DNA from: an uncultured Gemmatimonadales bacterium
Lineage (GTDB): Bacteria > Gemmatimonadota > Gemmatimonadetes > Gemmatimonadales > GWC2-71-9
Assembly (NCBI GenBank): GCA_963844035.1
Contig: CAWJMT010000036.1
Coordinates: 96,001 to 160,000 of the forward strand
Length of the DNA stretch: 64,000 nucleotides
Direction: 5' to 3'
Under the pieces are notes generated by a model. It made no database searches, had not been told where the DNA came from, and was given only the letters and a program-made list of their open reading frames with translations. A program made the position numbers and the translations under genes. This document shows positions 50,060 through 59,916 of the stretch, in pieces (within the stretch, counting starts at the first letter, position 1; every line of letters begins with the position of its first letter).

Positions 50060-50518
50060 CTACAACAGCACGGCAAGAGCGTCCGCGACCCGTTTGACCG
50101 CGGCGTGATGCGCGGGGCTGAACCCCGCGGGCACGTCGGAATCCACATCCAGCTGGCCGAGGATCGTCGTGCCGCGTCGGATCAGCACGACCAGCTCGGC
50201 CCGCGTGTCCGTGTTGCATGCGAGGTAGTTGCCGATCGCCGTCACATCCGGGACGAGCTGATCCTGGCCGGTGGCGACGGCGGTTCCGCAAACGCCAACG
50301 CCGACCGGGATGCGTACATGCTCGGTCGTGCGACCGGAGAACGCCTCCAGCACCAGCTCACCGCCGTGCAGCATGTACGCGTAGACCGACGTGAAGGGAG
50401 CGCCCCAGGCACTGAGGCGCTGGCAGGCCAACTCTAGCAGCTGTGATCTCGGCGCATCGTGCAGGTGAGCGGCCCGGAGGGCGCGCACCAGCGCGGCTGC
50501 GTCCGACTCCAGGCTCAG
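50060..50518 (-). CDS. GAF-domain protein, free methionine-R-sulfoxide reductase-like
   Basis: HVRIPVGVGVCGTA, NYLAC, ELVV and GQLDVDS. The start is GTG 50488 or CTG 50518. Confidence 0.8.
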   Translation of the reverse strand: MSLESDAAALVRALRAAHLHDAPRSQLLELACQRLSAWGAPFTSVYAYMLHGGELVLEAFSGRTTEHVRIPVGVGVCGTAVATGQDQLVPDVTAIGNYLACNTDTRAELVVLIRRGTTILGQLDVDSDVPAGFSPAHHAAVKRVADALAVLL

Positions 50519-51771
50519 GAGCTTCCCCGCTTTCCGAGCACCGCGTTGAGCTGGATCGGGGCCCCGTCGCGCGTCACCGCAATGATCACCGAGTCACCCG
50601 GTTGGTGGCTGCGCAGCGCCTCGGTCATCTCGATCAGGTTCGCAATGGGCTTACCGGCCATTCCCGTGATCACGTCGCCGGCCTTGAGACCCGCCCGCTC
50701 GGCGGGGCTGCCTGCGCGTACGCCGACGAGCCGCACGCCTCCCGGCGAGGTGGTCATGTCCGGGATCGTCCCCAGGTACGCGCCGTAGCCCGACCCGCCG
50801 GCCGCCATCTGGGGCGGCGCGGCGTCGACAAACGTGAGGGGCGCCGGGCGATTGGCGAGTGCCCACGCCACGTCCGCCACGAACGCGGCCACGCGCGCGA
50901 GTCCGACGGCATTGATCTTTTGCCAGCGGTCGGTGGTGCGGTGGTAGTCCTCGTGGAGATCGGTGAAGAACTGCAGCACCGGCCGCTTGGCCGCGAAGAA
51001 CGAAGCGTGGTCGCTCGGCCCCCAGCCATCCCCCGACGCCCGCAGGGTGAAGCGCGCGCCCTCTTTGCCGTTCAGCGAGTCGAGCAGGGCCGGGAACTCC
51101 CGCGCGGTGGCAGCGCCCAGCGCGAGGAGACGATCGTTTCGCAGCCGGCCCACCATATCCATGTTGAGCATCGCGTAGATCGAGTCGACCGGCTCGACGA
51201 GGGGATGCTTCACGAAGTACGCCGACCCGATGGTGCCGAGCTCCTCGCCGCTGAAGGCGATGAACACGATGGTCCGCGCCGGGTGCCGGGCGTGCAACAG
51301 CCGGGCGACCTCGAGCAGCGCCGCGACCCCGGACGCGTTGTCATCCGCGCCGTCGTGGACCTTGCCGGTGCTGTCGGGATCGAGGGCGCCAAAGTCGCCG
51401 AACCCCAGGTGATCGTAGTGCGCTCCCACTACGACGACCTGCCCACGCAGCGCCGGCGAGCTGCCCCGTAGCACCGCCACGACGTTCTGGGTTTTCGCGC
51501 CGCCGAGGGTGGTATGGAGCACGGCGGGCGCGTCGGGCGGGATGGTGAACGGCTGGAGATAGGAGCGGTCCGCGCCAGCGGGGGCGACGCCGGCGCGCTT
51601 GAACGCGTCGGCGATGTAGTGGGCCGCCTCGTCGAGCCCGCGGGTCCCCACGCCGCGCCCTTCGCGGGCGTCGTCGGCGAGATACTGCACGTCTTTGAGC
51701 ACGCGGCGCGCCGCGGGGGGTAAGGTGTCCTGCGCCATGGCGGCGGCGATCAGCAGATAGGTCGCGATCAT
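50515..51771 (-). CDS. M28 peptidase with C-terminal PDZ domain
   Basis: GAHYDHLG, GADDNASG, SGEELG, NMDMVG, SDH and DYH, then YLGTIPD...GSPAERAGLKAGDVI. Confidence 0.93.
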   Translation of the reverse strand: MIATYLLIAAAMAQDTLPPAARRVLKDVQYLADDAREGRGVGTRGLDEAAHYIADAFKRAGVAPAGADRSYLQPFTIPPDAPAVLHTTLGGAKTQNVVAVLRGSSPALRGQVVVVGAHYDHLGFGDFGALDPDSTGKVHDGADDNASGVAALLEVARLLHARHPARTIVFIAFSGEELGTIGSAYFVKHPLVEPVDSIYAMLNMDMVGRLRNDRLLALGAATAREFPALLDSLNGKEGARFTLRASGDGWGPSDHASFFAAKRPVLQFFTDLHEDYHRTTDRWQKINAVGLARVAAFVADVAWALANRPAPLTFVDAAPPQMAAGGSGYGAYLGTIPDMTTSPGGVRLVGVRAGSPAERAGLKAGDVITGMAGKPIANLIEMTEALRSHQPGDSVIIAVTRDGAPIQLNAVLGKRGSS

Positions 51772-51852
51772 GGACGGATATCTATGTGCGGCCGAGGTTT
51801 GGCGGAAGCCGGTTGGCGGCCTAGTTGCGCCATGCCTAGATTCTCAAGCTCG

Positions 51853-53520
51853 ATGCCGACTCCAGACGCGCTCGCCGCGCAGTTCGCGCGGTGCGTGGAG
51901 AGCCTCCGCACCTCGGAGGCGAAAGAGGAACAGAAGGCCGAGTTCCGGGCGCTCATGGCGCTGCTGGAGAAAGCGGGACTGGCCCTGCGCGAGGAGCAGG
52001 GCCGGGTCACCGTCAACGGCGCGCCGGTAGATCGATTGTCGGTGGCGTCGCTGTTGCCCCGGCTGACCCTGCACGACCTCGCCGGTTTCGATGTGCCGCG
52101 GGCCCCCATCCCAGCCGAAGTGTTCGAGCTCATCAGAGCGCTTGCCGAGGAGCCCGGCGAGGCGGCAGTCGATGCCAAGCTCGACTCGGGCGTGGGGCGG
52201 GTATCGGTGATCCGTGTGGGCTCCCCACCACCGCCGTCCTCTCTCGGGACCGAAGGTATTCTGCGCGGCGATCCGATGACCGACATTGCGTCGCCTCACG
52301 TGCAGGTGCCGGGCGCGTCGTTCATCACGCACGATTCCACATTGCCGCCGGAGCACGCCCTACCGGCGGAGGGCAGAGTCAAGGCGTCCAAGGCTCTCCC
52401 GGGGGTTAGCGAGTTACCCCCGGCTCCTCCACCCGTTCCGGTCCCACCCCCAGCCGCGCCGGCTCCGGAGCAACCATCTGCGCCGGCGTTTGCGCCGGCC
52501 ATCGCTCGCTCGCAGACGACCGCCGCGCTGTTGCAGGAGCTCGAACGCGCTCCGGAAGCTTCCCACGTGGGGGAGCTGCTCTCGGTGCTCGGTCGGCAGG
52601 TCGAGGACGCGGTTCAGCACGACCGAACCGAGCAGGCGCTCACCATCGCCGCGACGCTGGTGCGACTGGAGCTGCGCGTGCCCGAGGGAGGCGCGCGGCG
52701 GCAATACGGAATCGCGCTGCGGCGGATGTATTCCAAGCCGTTGCTCAAGCTGCTCGCCGGGCTCCTGTCTGCGCCCAAGCACGAAGCCGACGCCGTCCTC
52801 GCGCTCCAGCGGGCGGGGCTGGATGCGGTCGAGGTGTTGATCGACCGCTTGGTGGCTGCGCCGGGGGTCGGCGAGCGCCGGGCGCTGTTCGACACCCTGC
52901 GCCAGATGCACGGGGGGCAGGAGCAGCTCATCCCGCTGCTGCGTCACAGCAAGTGGTTAGTGGTGCGCAATGTTGCGGAGCTGATCGGCGAGCTGGGCAT
53001 GGAAGGAGCGGTGCCGCATCTCGCCCAGGCTCTCGGACACGAGGACGAGCGCGTGCGAAAGGCGGTGGCGCTCGCCCTCGCGAAGATCGGCACCGCGAAC
53101 ACGGCGGAGCCGCTGCGCCGAGCCTTGAAAGACAAATCGCCCGAAGTGCGCATTCAAGTGGCGGTGGGTCTCGGAGGACGGCGCGCGATGGGAGCCGTGA
53201 TGTCGCTGGTTGCGGCGCTCGAGGCTGAGGAAGACGAGGCCGTGCGTCGCGAGCTGATCCTCGCGCTGGGGCATATCGGCACCCCCGACGCCGTTCAGTC
53301 ACTCATCAAGATTGCGCAGCCCTCGGGGCGCTTCTTCGATCGGAAGCCGGCGGGGCTGCGTCTCGCCGCCGTGGAGGCGTTGCGTCTGGCCGGGACCGCC
53401 CCCGCAATCGGAACGCTCGAGGGACTGAGCGAGGACGGTGACAAAGAGGTCCGTGCAGCCGCGCAGGCCGCCGCGAAAGAACTGACGCGCCGGCCTCAGC
53501 GCAAGTCGACTTCATCCTAG
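51853..53520 (+). CDS. HEAT-repeat (PBS-lyase-like) protein with Pro-rich linker
   Basis: Repeated helical units (LRHSKWLVVRNVAELIG, HEDERVRKAVALAL, DKSPEVR). The start is 51832 or 51853. Confidence 0.85.
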   Translation: MPTPDALAAQFARCVESLRTSEAKEEQKAEFRALMALLEKAGLALREEQGRVTVNGAPVDRLSVASLLPRLTLHDLAGFDVPRAPIPAEVFELIRALAEEPGEAAVDAKLDSGVGRVSVIRVGSPPPPSSLGTEGILRGDPMTDIASPHVQVPGASFITHDSTLPPEHALPAEGRVKASKALPGVSELPPAPPPVPVPPPAAPAPEQPSAPAFAPAIARSQTTAALLQELERAPEASHVGELLSVLGRQVEDAVQHDRTEQALTIAATLVRLELRVPEGGARRQYGIALRRMYSKPLLKLLAGLLSAPKHEADAVLALQRAGLDAVEVLIDRLVAAPGVGERRALFDTLRQMHGGQEQLIPLLRHSKWLVVRNVAELIGELGMEGAVPHLAQALGHEDERVRKAVALALAKIGTANTAEPLRRALKDKSPEVRIQVAVGLGGRRAMGAVMSLVAALEAEEDEAVRRELILALGHIGTPDAVQSLIKIAQPSGRFFDRKPAGLRLAAVEALRLAGTAPAIGTLEGLSEDGDKEVRAAAQAAAKELTRRPQRKSTSS

Positions 53521-54587
53521 GTGGGGATGAAGCTCGTCGCCGGTGACAAGCGCCGGGCGAAGGCGGCACACAGGCGCGCGGCGCGCGCGAGATCCTCCAG
53601 GGAGACCAGCTCGTTCGGGCTGTGCATATACCGGTTGGGAACACTGACCAGCCCGGTGGGAATCCCCCGCAGCGCGTTGTAGATGGCGTCGGCATCGGTC
53701 CCGGTATCGTGCGGGGCGGCCTGGATGCTGTAGGGGATCTGCTCGGCCTCGGCGCTCTCCACCAGCAAGTCGAACACCACCGGGCTCACCGCGGACCCGC
53801 GTGAGAGCACCGGGCCGCCGCCGACCTTATGCTCGCCGGCGCGCTTCTTCTCGGCGCCCGGATAGTCCGTAGCGTGCGTGACGTCCACCACGAGCGCCAC
53901 CTGGGGATCGAGCCCGACGGCGCTGGTGCGCGCGCCGCCCCCCGACCAGGCGATCTCTTCCCGTGTGGTGGCGACGGCGTACACAGCGGCGTGCTTCGGC
54001 CGATCGGCCGCGAGGAGGCGCAGCGCCTCCGAGACGACGTAGGCGCCGATCCGGTTGTCGATGCTGCGTGAGACGATGCGGCCGTTCGGCAACTCCTGCA
54101 CGGCAGCATCGAGCACGGCGGCGTCACCGACCCGCACCCGCTCCCGCGCTTCGTCCCTGGTCGCGGCGCCGACGTCGATCCACAGGTCCGTAATCTTCGA
54201 CACCTTGTCCATGTCCTCGCGCTTCATCAGGTGGATCGCCTGCTTGCCGATGACGCCGCGCACCGGACCGCCGCGGCCGGCGATCACCACGCGCTGGCCC
54301 ACGAGCACCTGCGAATCCCAGCCCCCGATGCCGGCGAAGTACAGGTAGCCGTCCTCGTCGATGTGCGTGATCTGCAGGCCGATCTCGTCGATGTGCCCCG
54401 CGAGCATGAGGCGGGGAGCGCCCTTGGCGTTCACGCTCGCGACGGAGTTTCCATGCACATCGGTGCTGACGTCGTCCGCGAAGCGCTTGACCTCTTCGCG
54501 CCATACCCGCGCCGGGGCGGTCTCGAAGCCCGAGGGCCCGGGGGTATCGAGCAGCCGCTTGAGGAATTCCACCGTGGGACTGGCCAT
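53517..54587 (-). CDS. M42 (TET-like) aminopeptidase
   Basis: PGPSGFE, LAGHIDEIG, DNRIG, REEI, DVTHA, GTDAD and RYMHSPNE. Confidence 0.95.
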   Translation of the reverse strand: MASPTVEFLKRLLDTPGPSGFETAPARVWREEVKRFADDVSTDVHGNSVASVNAKGAPRLMLAGHIDEIGLQITHIDEDGYLYFAGIGGWDSQVLVGQRVVIAGRGGPVRGVIGKQAIHLMKREDMDKVSKITDLWIDVGAATRDEARERVRVGDAAVLDAAVQELPNGRIVSRSIDNRIGAYVVSEALRLLAADRPKHAAVYAVATTREEIAWSGGGARTSAVGLDPQVALVVDVTHATDYPGAEKKRAGEHKVGGGPVLSRGSAVSPVVFDLLVESAEAEQIPYSIQAAPHDTGTDADAIYNALRGIPTGLVSVPNRYMHSPNELVSLEDLARAARLCAAFARRLSPATSFIPT

Positions 54588-54594
54588 GATGTCG

Positions 54595-55455
54595 CTACTC
54601 TGTGTGAGAGATGAGCATGCCCGCCATGCGCTCGGCCGCCTCGACGAGCCGCGGACCGGGCCGCGATGTATAGGCGTTCCCGTCGATAATTTCCACCCTC
54701 CGGCTGAGCAGCGCGAGGGCATCGGGGTCGGTGACCGCCGCCAGCTCACGCCGCGCCCGCTCCACGTCGAAGCCGCACAGCGCGACAATCACGAGGTCGG
54801 GCGCGGTCTGTGCGAGCTCGCGCCAGGGGCGCACGACCGACGGAGCGCCGGCGCTGTTACCCACGTCCACACCGCCGGCGAGCGCCACCAGCTCGGGCAC
54901 CCAGTGGCCCGCCACGTAGGGCGGGTCGAGCCACTCGAGCACGAGCACCCGGGGCGGGGTGGGGGGCCGGGCAGGCGACTGCTCGAGGGCCCGCACGCGC
55001 TGCTCCAGCCCAGCGACCACCTCCCGCGCCTGGTCCCCTCGCGCCATGCTCTCGCCAACCCGCACGATGTCCCCGAACACGTCCGCCAGCGAGTGGGGGT
55101 GCAGGGTGACGACCCACGGCGTCGGGTCGAGGGCGCGGACGACGCGGGCGAGCTCGTCGGTACTGACCGCACACACGTCGCAGACTGATTGTCCGATGAG
55201 GATGTCCGGGCGGAGCCGGCCGATGGTCGCGAGATCCACTTCGATCGGCGCGACACCGGAGTGCTTTGCCTCGGCCATCAGCCGGTCAATCTCGCGGGCC
55301 GGAAGCGCCGGATCCACGCGGGTGGAGGTGACGCGCGGCAGGCCCTGCACCTCAGCGGGATAGTCGCACTCGTGGGAGACGCCTACCAGGAGCCCCGCCC
55401 CCCCGACCGCCGCCACCATCTCCGTAGCCGCGGGCAACAGCGAAACCACCCGCAT
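54595..55455 (-). CDS. Cobalamin/Fe-siderophore-type periplasmic-binding-fold protein (no signal peptide)
   Basis: MRVVSLLPAATEMV, GVSHECDYP, QSVCDVCAV, LEWLDPPYVAGHWVPE and RPGPRL. Confidence 0.85.
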   Translation of the reverse strand: MRVVSLLPAATEMVAAVGGAGLLVGVSHECDYPAEVQGLPRVTSTRVDPALPAREIDRLMAEAKHSGVAPIEVDLATIGRLRPDILIGQSVCDVCAVSTDELARVVRALDPTPWVVTLHPHSLADVFGDIVRVGESMARGDQAREVVAGLEQRVRALEQSPARPPTPPRVLVLEWLDPPYVAGHWVPELVALAGGVDVGNSAGAPSVVRPWRELAQTAPDLVIVALCGFDVERARRELAAVTDPDALALLSRRVEIIDGNAYTSRPGPRLVEAAERMAGMLISHTE

Positions 55456-55462
55456 CGACGCG

Positions 55463-57613
55463 TCAGCTCCTGCGGGAGGCCACCTTGTAGAGGGCTCCGC
55501 CGAGCAGCGCGAACAAGATGAACGCGAGAGTGCTCGACGTCGCGAGGCTCCCGAGCGCCTTGGACAATCCGGCGGTGTGCGCGAGCCACTCGGCGCTCCC
55601 GGTTGCACCTGCGATGGCCGCCACCGCGATTCCGGCGATGGCGCCGCCCGCGATGAGCCCGCTCGAGAACAGCACGCCCGGCCCCGATTCGATCTCGGCA
55701 AGGGACTGCTGGCCCTGCGCGCGCCGCTCCACCAGCCAGCGGATCAGCCCGCCCACGAACATGCTCGATGATGTGGAGATCGGGAGGTACACCCCCACGG
55801 TGATCGGCAGCGACTGGAGACCCATGAGCTCGATCGCGAGCGCGAGGAACACTCCGATGAGCACCAGGGCCCATGGCAGGCGCTGTGTCAGAATTCCGTC
55901 GGTGATGAGGGCCATCAGCGTGGCCTTGGGCGAATCGAGACGCGTGAGGGTGCGGCCCTCATACTCGCGGATCCGCCCCCCGATGCCGGGATCCACCACG
56001 TAGCGCAGCTCGCGCGTGGCCGGGTCCATGAGGTACTTGCCGGGGAGTACGCTGCCGGTGGCGACGAACACCCGGACACCCTGATACGTGGCGCTGTCGA
56101 AACTCTCACCGCCCGCGACGCGGAACCCCGACGTGGTCTCATCGAGGATCGCGACATCCGGCGTGCTGGCGGCGGGCACGACGAATCCGGAATGCCGCTC
56201 CGGCACCGGGTACTGGTACGCCTTATTCAATAGCGTCAGGGTCCAACCCACGACTACCGCCGACGTCACGGCTCCGACGAGGATGCCGATCTGCTGGCGG
56301 CGCGGGGTGGCGCCGACCAGGAACCCGGTCTTCAAGTCCTGCGACGTCGCCCCACCGTTGGCCGCGGCCACGGCGATCACGCACGCGATGGAGATCGCCT
56401 GCACCCGATGGTCCACACCGATCCAGCCGAGCAACAAGAAGATCGACGCCGTCCCGATGAGCGCCGCGATGGTCATTCCGGAGATCGGGTTCGCCGAGCT
56501 GCCGATCTGGCCGCAGATGCGCGAAGAGACCGTCGTGAAGAAAAATCCGAACAGCACGATGAGCAGCGCGCCGAGCAGGTTGACGCCGACCTGCGGAAGC
56601 AGGGTCAGGACGATCGCGAGCACGATCGCACCGATGGCCGTATAGGCGATCGGGAGATCGTCGTCGGTGCGGAGCCTGGTGATGGCTTGTCCGACTCGGG
56701 ATTTACGCAGGTCCGCGAACCCGGCAGCGAACGCGGAGACGATGGTGGGCAGCGCACGGATCAGCGCGATGATGCCCGACGTGGCCACGCCCCCCGCGCC
56801 GATGTAGAACACGTAGTTCGCGCGGACCTGGGAGGCCGACATGTCGCGGATCAGCATGGTGGCGGGGTACATCGGCTCCGTCATGCTTTCGCCGAACAGC
56901 TTGATGGCGGGCATCAGCACGAGGTACGCGAGCGTCCCGCCCGCGAACAGGTATCCTGCGATGCGCGGCCCGATGATGTACCCGACGCCCATCAGCTCCG
57001 GGCCCATGTCCATGCGGAACTCAGCGCCCTTGAACCAGCGAAACACCTTTCCGGGGTACTCGGCCCAGAGCTGCAGTCCCGTCATCAGGAACTTGAACGC
57101 GAACGCGATCCCGAACGCCTGGAACACGGTGCGCGCGTGGATCCCGCCTTTTTCCCCGGCAATGAGCACCTCGGCGCACGCCGTGCCCTCGGGGTAGGTG
57201 AGGTTTCCGTGCTCCTGCACGATCAGCGCCCGGCGCAGCGGAATCATCATCAGAATGCCGAGCACCCCGCCCGCGGTCGCGAGGATGGCCACCCGCGCGA
57301 TATCGAGGTCGTAGCCCATAAGGAGAATCGCGGGGATCGTGAACACCACGCCGGCGGCGATCGACTCGCCCGCCGAGCCGACCGTCTGCGTGATGTTGTT
57401 CTCGAGGATGGTGGCGCGGCCGAGGGCTCGAAATATGGTGATCGACAGGACGGCGATCGGGATCGACGCGCTCACCGTGAGGCCGATCTTCAAGGCCAGG
57501 TACACGCTCGAGGCGCCGAAGACGATCCCCAGCAGGGCGCCGAGGACCAGGGAGCGTGTGGTCAGCTCGGCCGGGGACTGGCTCGCTGGGATGTAGGGTT
57601 GATGGGCGGTCAT
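55463..57613 (-). CDS. OPT-family oligopeptide transporter
   Basis: YLALKIGLTVSASIP, ILENNI.QT.GSAGES, YPEGTACAEVL, NPISGMTIA and QDLKTG. Confidence 0.95.
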   Translation of the reverse strand: MTAHQPYIPASQSPAELTTRSLVLGALLGIVFGASSVYLALKIGLTVSASIPIAVLSITIFRALGRATILENNITQTVGSAGESIAAGVVFTIPAILLMGYDLDIARVAILATAGGVLGILMMIPLRRALIVQEHGNLTYPEGTACAEVLIAGEKGGIHARTVFQAFGIAFAFKFLMTGLQLWAEYPGKVFRWFKGAEFRMDMGPELMGVGYIIGPRIAGYLFAGGTLAYLVLMPAIKLFGESMTEPMYPATMLIRDMSASQVRANYVFYIGAGGVATSGIIALIRALPTIVSAFAAGFADLRKSRVGQAITRLRTDDDLPIAYTAIGAIVLAIVLTLLPQVGVNLLGALLIVLFGFFFTTVSSRICGQIGSSANPISGMTIAALIGTASIFLLLGWIGVDHRVQAISIACVIAVAAANGGATSQDLKTGFLVGATPRRQQIGILVGAVTSAVVVGWTLTLLNKAYQYPVPERHSGFVVPAASTPDVAILDETTSGFRVAGGESFDSATYQGVRVFVATGSVLPGKYLMDPATRELRYVVDPGIGGRIREYEGRTLTRLDSPKATLMALITDGILTQRLPWALVLIGVFLALAIELMGLQSLPITVGVYLPISTSSSMFVGGLIRWLVERRAQGQQSLAEIESGPGVLFSSGLIAGGAIAGIAVAAIAGATGSAEWLAHTAGLSKALGSLATSSTLAFILFALLGGALYKVASRRS

Positions 57614-57662
57614 AGGCCGGAAAATGTGGGGGGACGGGCGGAAAGACGATAGAGGTGGTGGT

Positions 57663-58834
57663 TCACCCGGCGCTGCGGCACGTTGCCAGACGTTCGGCGG
57701 CTGCGCTCAAGACGTCGAGGCTCTTACAGAAAGCAAACCGCACCTGAGCGTCCGCCCCATTTCGGGCCGGGAGTAGAAGCTCGAGCCGGGCACCGGGGCG
57801 ACGCCCACCTCCGCCGCCAGCCAGCGAGCGAACTGATCGTCCGGGAGATCGGACAGCGCGGAGAAATCCGCCATGATGTAGTACGCCCCTTGGGGGGACA
57901 CGCACGTGAATCCGGCTGCGATGAGCGCCCGATACATCACGTCGCGCCGGGCCCGGTACTCGCGCGCCAGCGACTCGTAGTAATCGTCACCCAAGGTTTC
58001 GAGCCCTGCGGCCACCGCCTCCTGGAGCGGCGCCGGGGCGCCGACCGTGAGAAAGTCGTGCACTTTCCGGATTGCATCGGACGTCTCGGGAGGCGCGACG
58101 ATCGTCCCGATGCGCCATCCGGTCACACTGAAGGTCTTGGAGGCCCCGCTGATCGTGATCGTGCGGTCGCGCATCCCGTCCAGAGTCGCAATGGGAATGT
58201 GCTTGCCCTCGTAGTAGATGTGCTCGTAGATCTCGTCCGTGACGGCGTAGGCATCGTGCCGCTGGCACAGGGCCGCTATCCCATCGAGCTCGCGGCGCGT
58301 CAGCACCCGCCCCGTGGGATTGTTCGGGGTGCAGACGATGATGGCACGGGTGCGGGACGAAAACGCGGCGGCGAGCCGGTCCATGTCGAACTCTTGGCCC
58401 GCCGGCAGCGGCACGTACACCGGCTGCGCGCCGCATAGGATGGCGTCCGGTCCATAGTTCTCGTAAAACGGCTCGAACACGATCACTTCGTCCCCCGGAT
58501 CGACGATGGCGAGCAGCGCGGACGCCATCGCTTCCGTCCCACCGCAGGTGACCACGATCTCTGCTTCCGGGTCCACGCTCATGCCGTACCACTCGGCGTA
58601 CTTGCGGGCCAGGGCGTCGCGCAGGCGCTTGGTGCCCCAGGTGATCGCGTACTGGTTGATATCGTCGCGGATCGCGCGGATCGCGGCCTCTTTCAGGACG
58701 TCGGGGGCCGGGAAGTTCGGGAACCCCTGCGCGAGGTTGATGGCGCCGTACTCGTTTGCGATACGGGTCATGCCGCGGATGACGGATTCGGTGAACCCGT
58801 GGGTGCGGCGGGCGGTGTGCATCTGGAATCCCAT
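57663..58834 (-). CDS. PLP-dependent class I/II aminotransferase (frameshift ~57755)
   Basis: AINLAQGFP, PNNPTG, DEIYEHI and SKTFSVTGWRIG. The C-terminal VRFAFCK is in another frame. Confidence 0.93.
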
Positions 58835-59116
58835 CTGTGGGAGGGCTGTGCGAGAATGTAGGAGGACCCCTTGAACCGAGCAAATTTTCGACACTCCAGC
58901 CATGCTCGGGTGCCTAAGTTCTCATCCCGTCGCGCTTTCCGCGTTGCTGTGATACGTGTGCATTCCCGCCCTGTGATTTGGGTTACCGCGTGCTTGGCTG
59001 GACGGCGATAGCTTTGCGGGCAGCAAGGGGGCCAGTTCGCCGCCCTGCGACTTCGCCTTGCCCTAGCCGAGTCCCCTGCGCCCTGAAGCTCACTTTTTCC
59101 TCCTGGAGGAGGAGCT

Positions 59117-59752
59117 ATGCGCACGCCCGGTTTGGCAGCGATCACCATGGTTCTGGCCATCGCGGCGTGCAGCGACGTCGCGGCGCCGACCGCATCGACC
59201 TTCGAGACGTCGTCGCTCGAAGCGGTGGCGCACAGGAACTCCTACAACGACCGCAAGTTCGGCGACAAGCACGACGAGTGCACGGACAATGACCGGGGCC
59301 ATCACTGGGGCCGGGGTCGTCACAGCCTGCGCTTCCGTCATTGGGGCTGGAGCCACGGCCGTCGTCACTCCTACCATTTCCGCGGTCATGACAACACCTG
59401 CGAGCCCCAGCCGCCCGAGCCGGGCACGGGGAGCATCAGCGGCGCGGTCATGAACGAGGGCGAACCCGCAGTGGGCTACTCCGTGTTCCTGCTGAACGCG
59501 GATGGGTCGGTGGCTGCCACGGTGCTGACCGATGCCGCCGGCGCCTATACGTTCGCGGAGGCCGCGGCGGGGACGTGGCTGGTCTGCGAAGAGAACCCGT
59601 TTACCGAGGAGAATGGCTTCCTTGGTGAGACCCGTCCCCAGACCGGCGCGGCCTGCCCGGGGGCGGCCTATGCGCCGATCGGCTTCTCGCTTCAGCTGGC
59701 GGGTGGCGCAGCGCTGACCGGGAACAACTTCAGCAACATGGAGCAGCAGTAA
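59117..59752 (+). CDS. Lipoprotein with His-rich loop and SdrD-B/CnaB-like beta-sandwich (paralog 1)
   Basis: GGAGGAG RBS, IAACSD lipobox, His/Trp/Gly/Arg segment, then TGSISG...TDAAGAYTF...VCE...NFSN. Confidence 0.8.
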   Translation: MRTPGLAAITMVLAIAACSDVAAPTASTFETSSLEAVAHRNSYNDRKFGDKHDECTDNDRGHHWGRGRHSLRFRHWGWSHGRRHSYHFRGHDNTCEPQPPEPGTGSISGAVMNEGEPAVGYSVFLLNADGSVAATVLTDAAGAYTFAEAAAGTWLVCEENPFTEENGFLGETRPQTGAACPGAAYAPIGFSLQLAGGAALTGNNFSNMEQQ

Positions 59753-59773
59753 ACTGGGTTTGAGACGAGGCAT

Positions 59774-59805
59774 AACGGCCGCCGGGCTTCCGCCCGGCGG
59801 CCGTT
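59774..59805 (+). terminator. GC-rich hairpin after lipoprotein 1
   Basis: 14-bp perfect stem AACGGCCGCCGGGC/GCCCGGCGGCCGTT. Confidence 0.75.
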
Positions 59806-59820
59806 GTGCGTTCGGGACTG

Positions 59821-59858
59821 TTGCAGATCTGCAATAGTGCACTGTTGCAGGTTTGCGA
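59821..59858. promoter_or_regulatory. Paired palindromic operator/enhancer sites upstream of lipoprotein 2
   Basis: Perfect palindrome TTGCAGATCTGCAA (59821-59834) and a degenerate copy TTGCAGGTTTGCGA (59845-59858), at a 24-bp period. Confidence 0.55.
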
Positions 59859-59916
59859 CTCTTGCGAGTGCCGCCGGACCACGGCACATCTACTGTCCCT
59901 ACGCGAGGAGGTCCCA

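Noticed and set aside
54595..55455. Binding-protein gene as evidence of a cobalamin riboswitch or B12 uptake operon
   Set aside because: It lies 7 nt downstream of the OPT gene with no room for a riboswitch, has no signal peptide, and has no cognate permease or ATPase adjacent.
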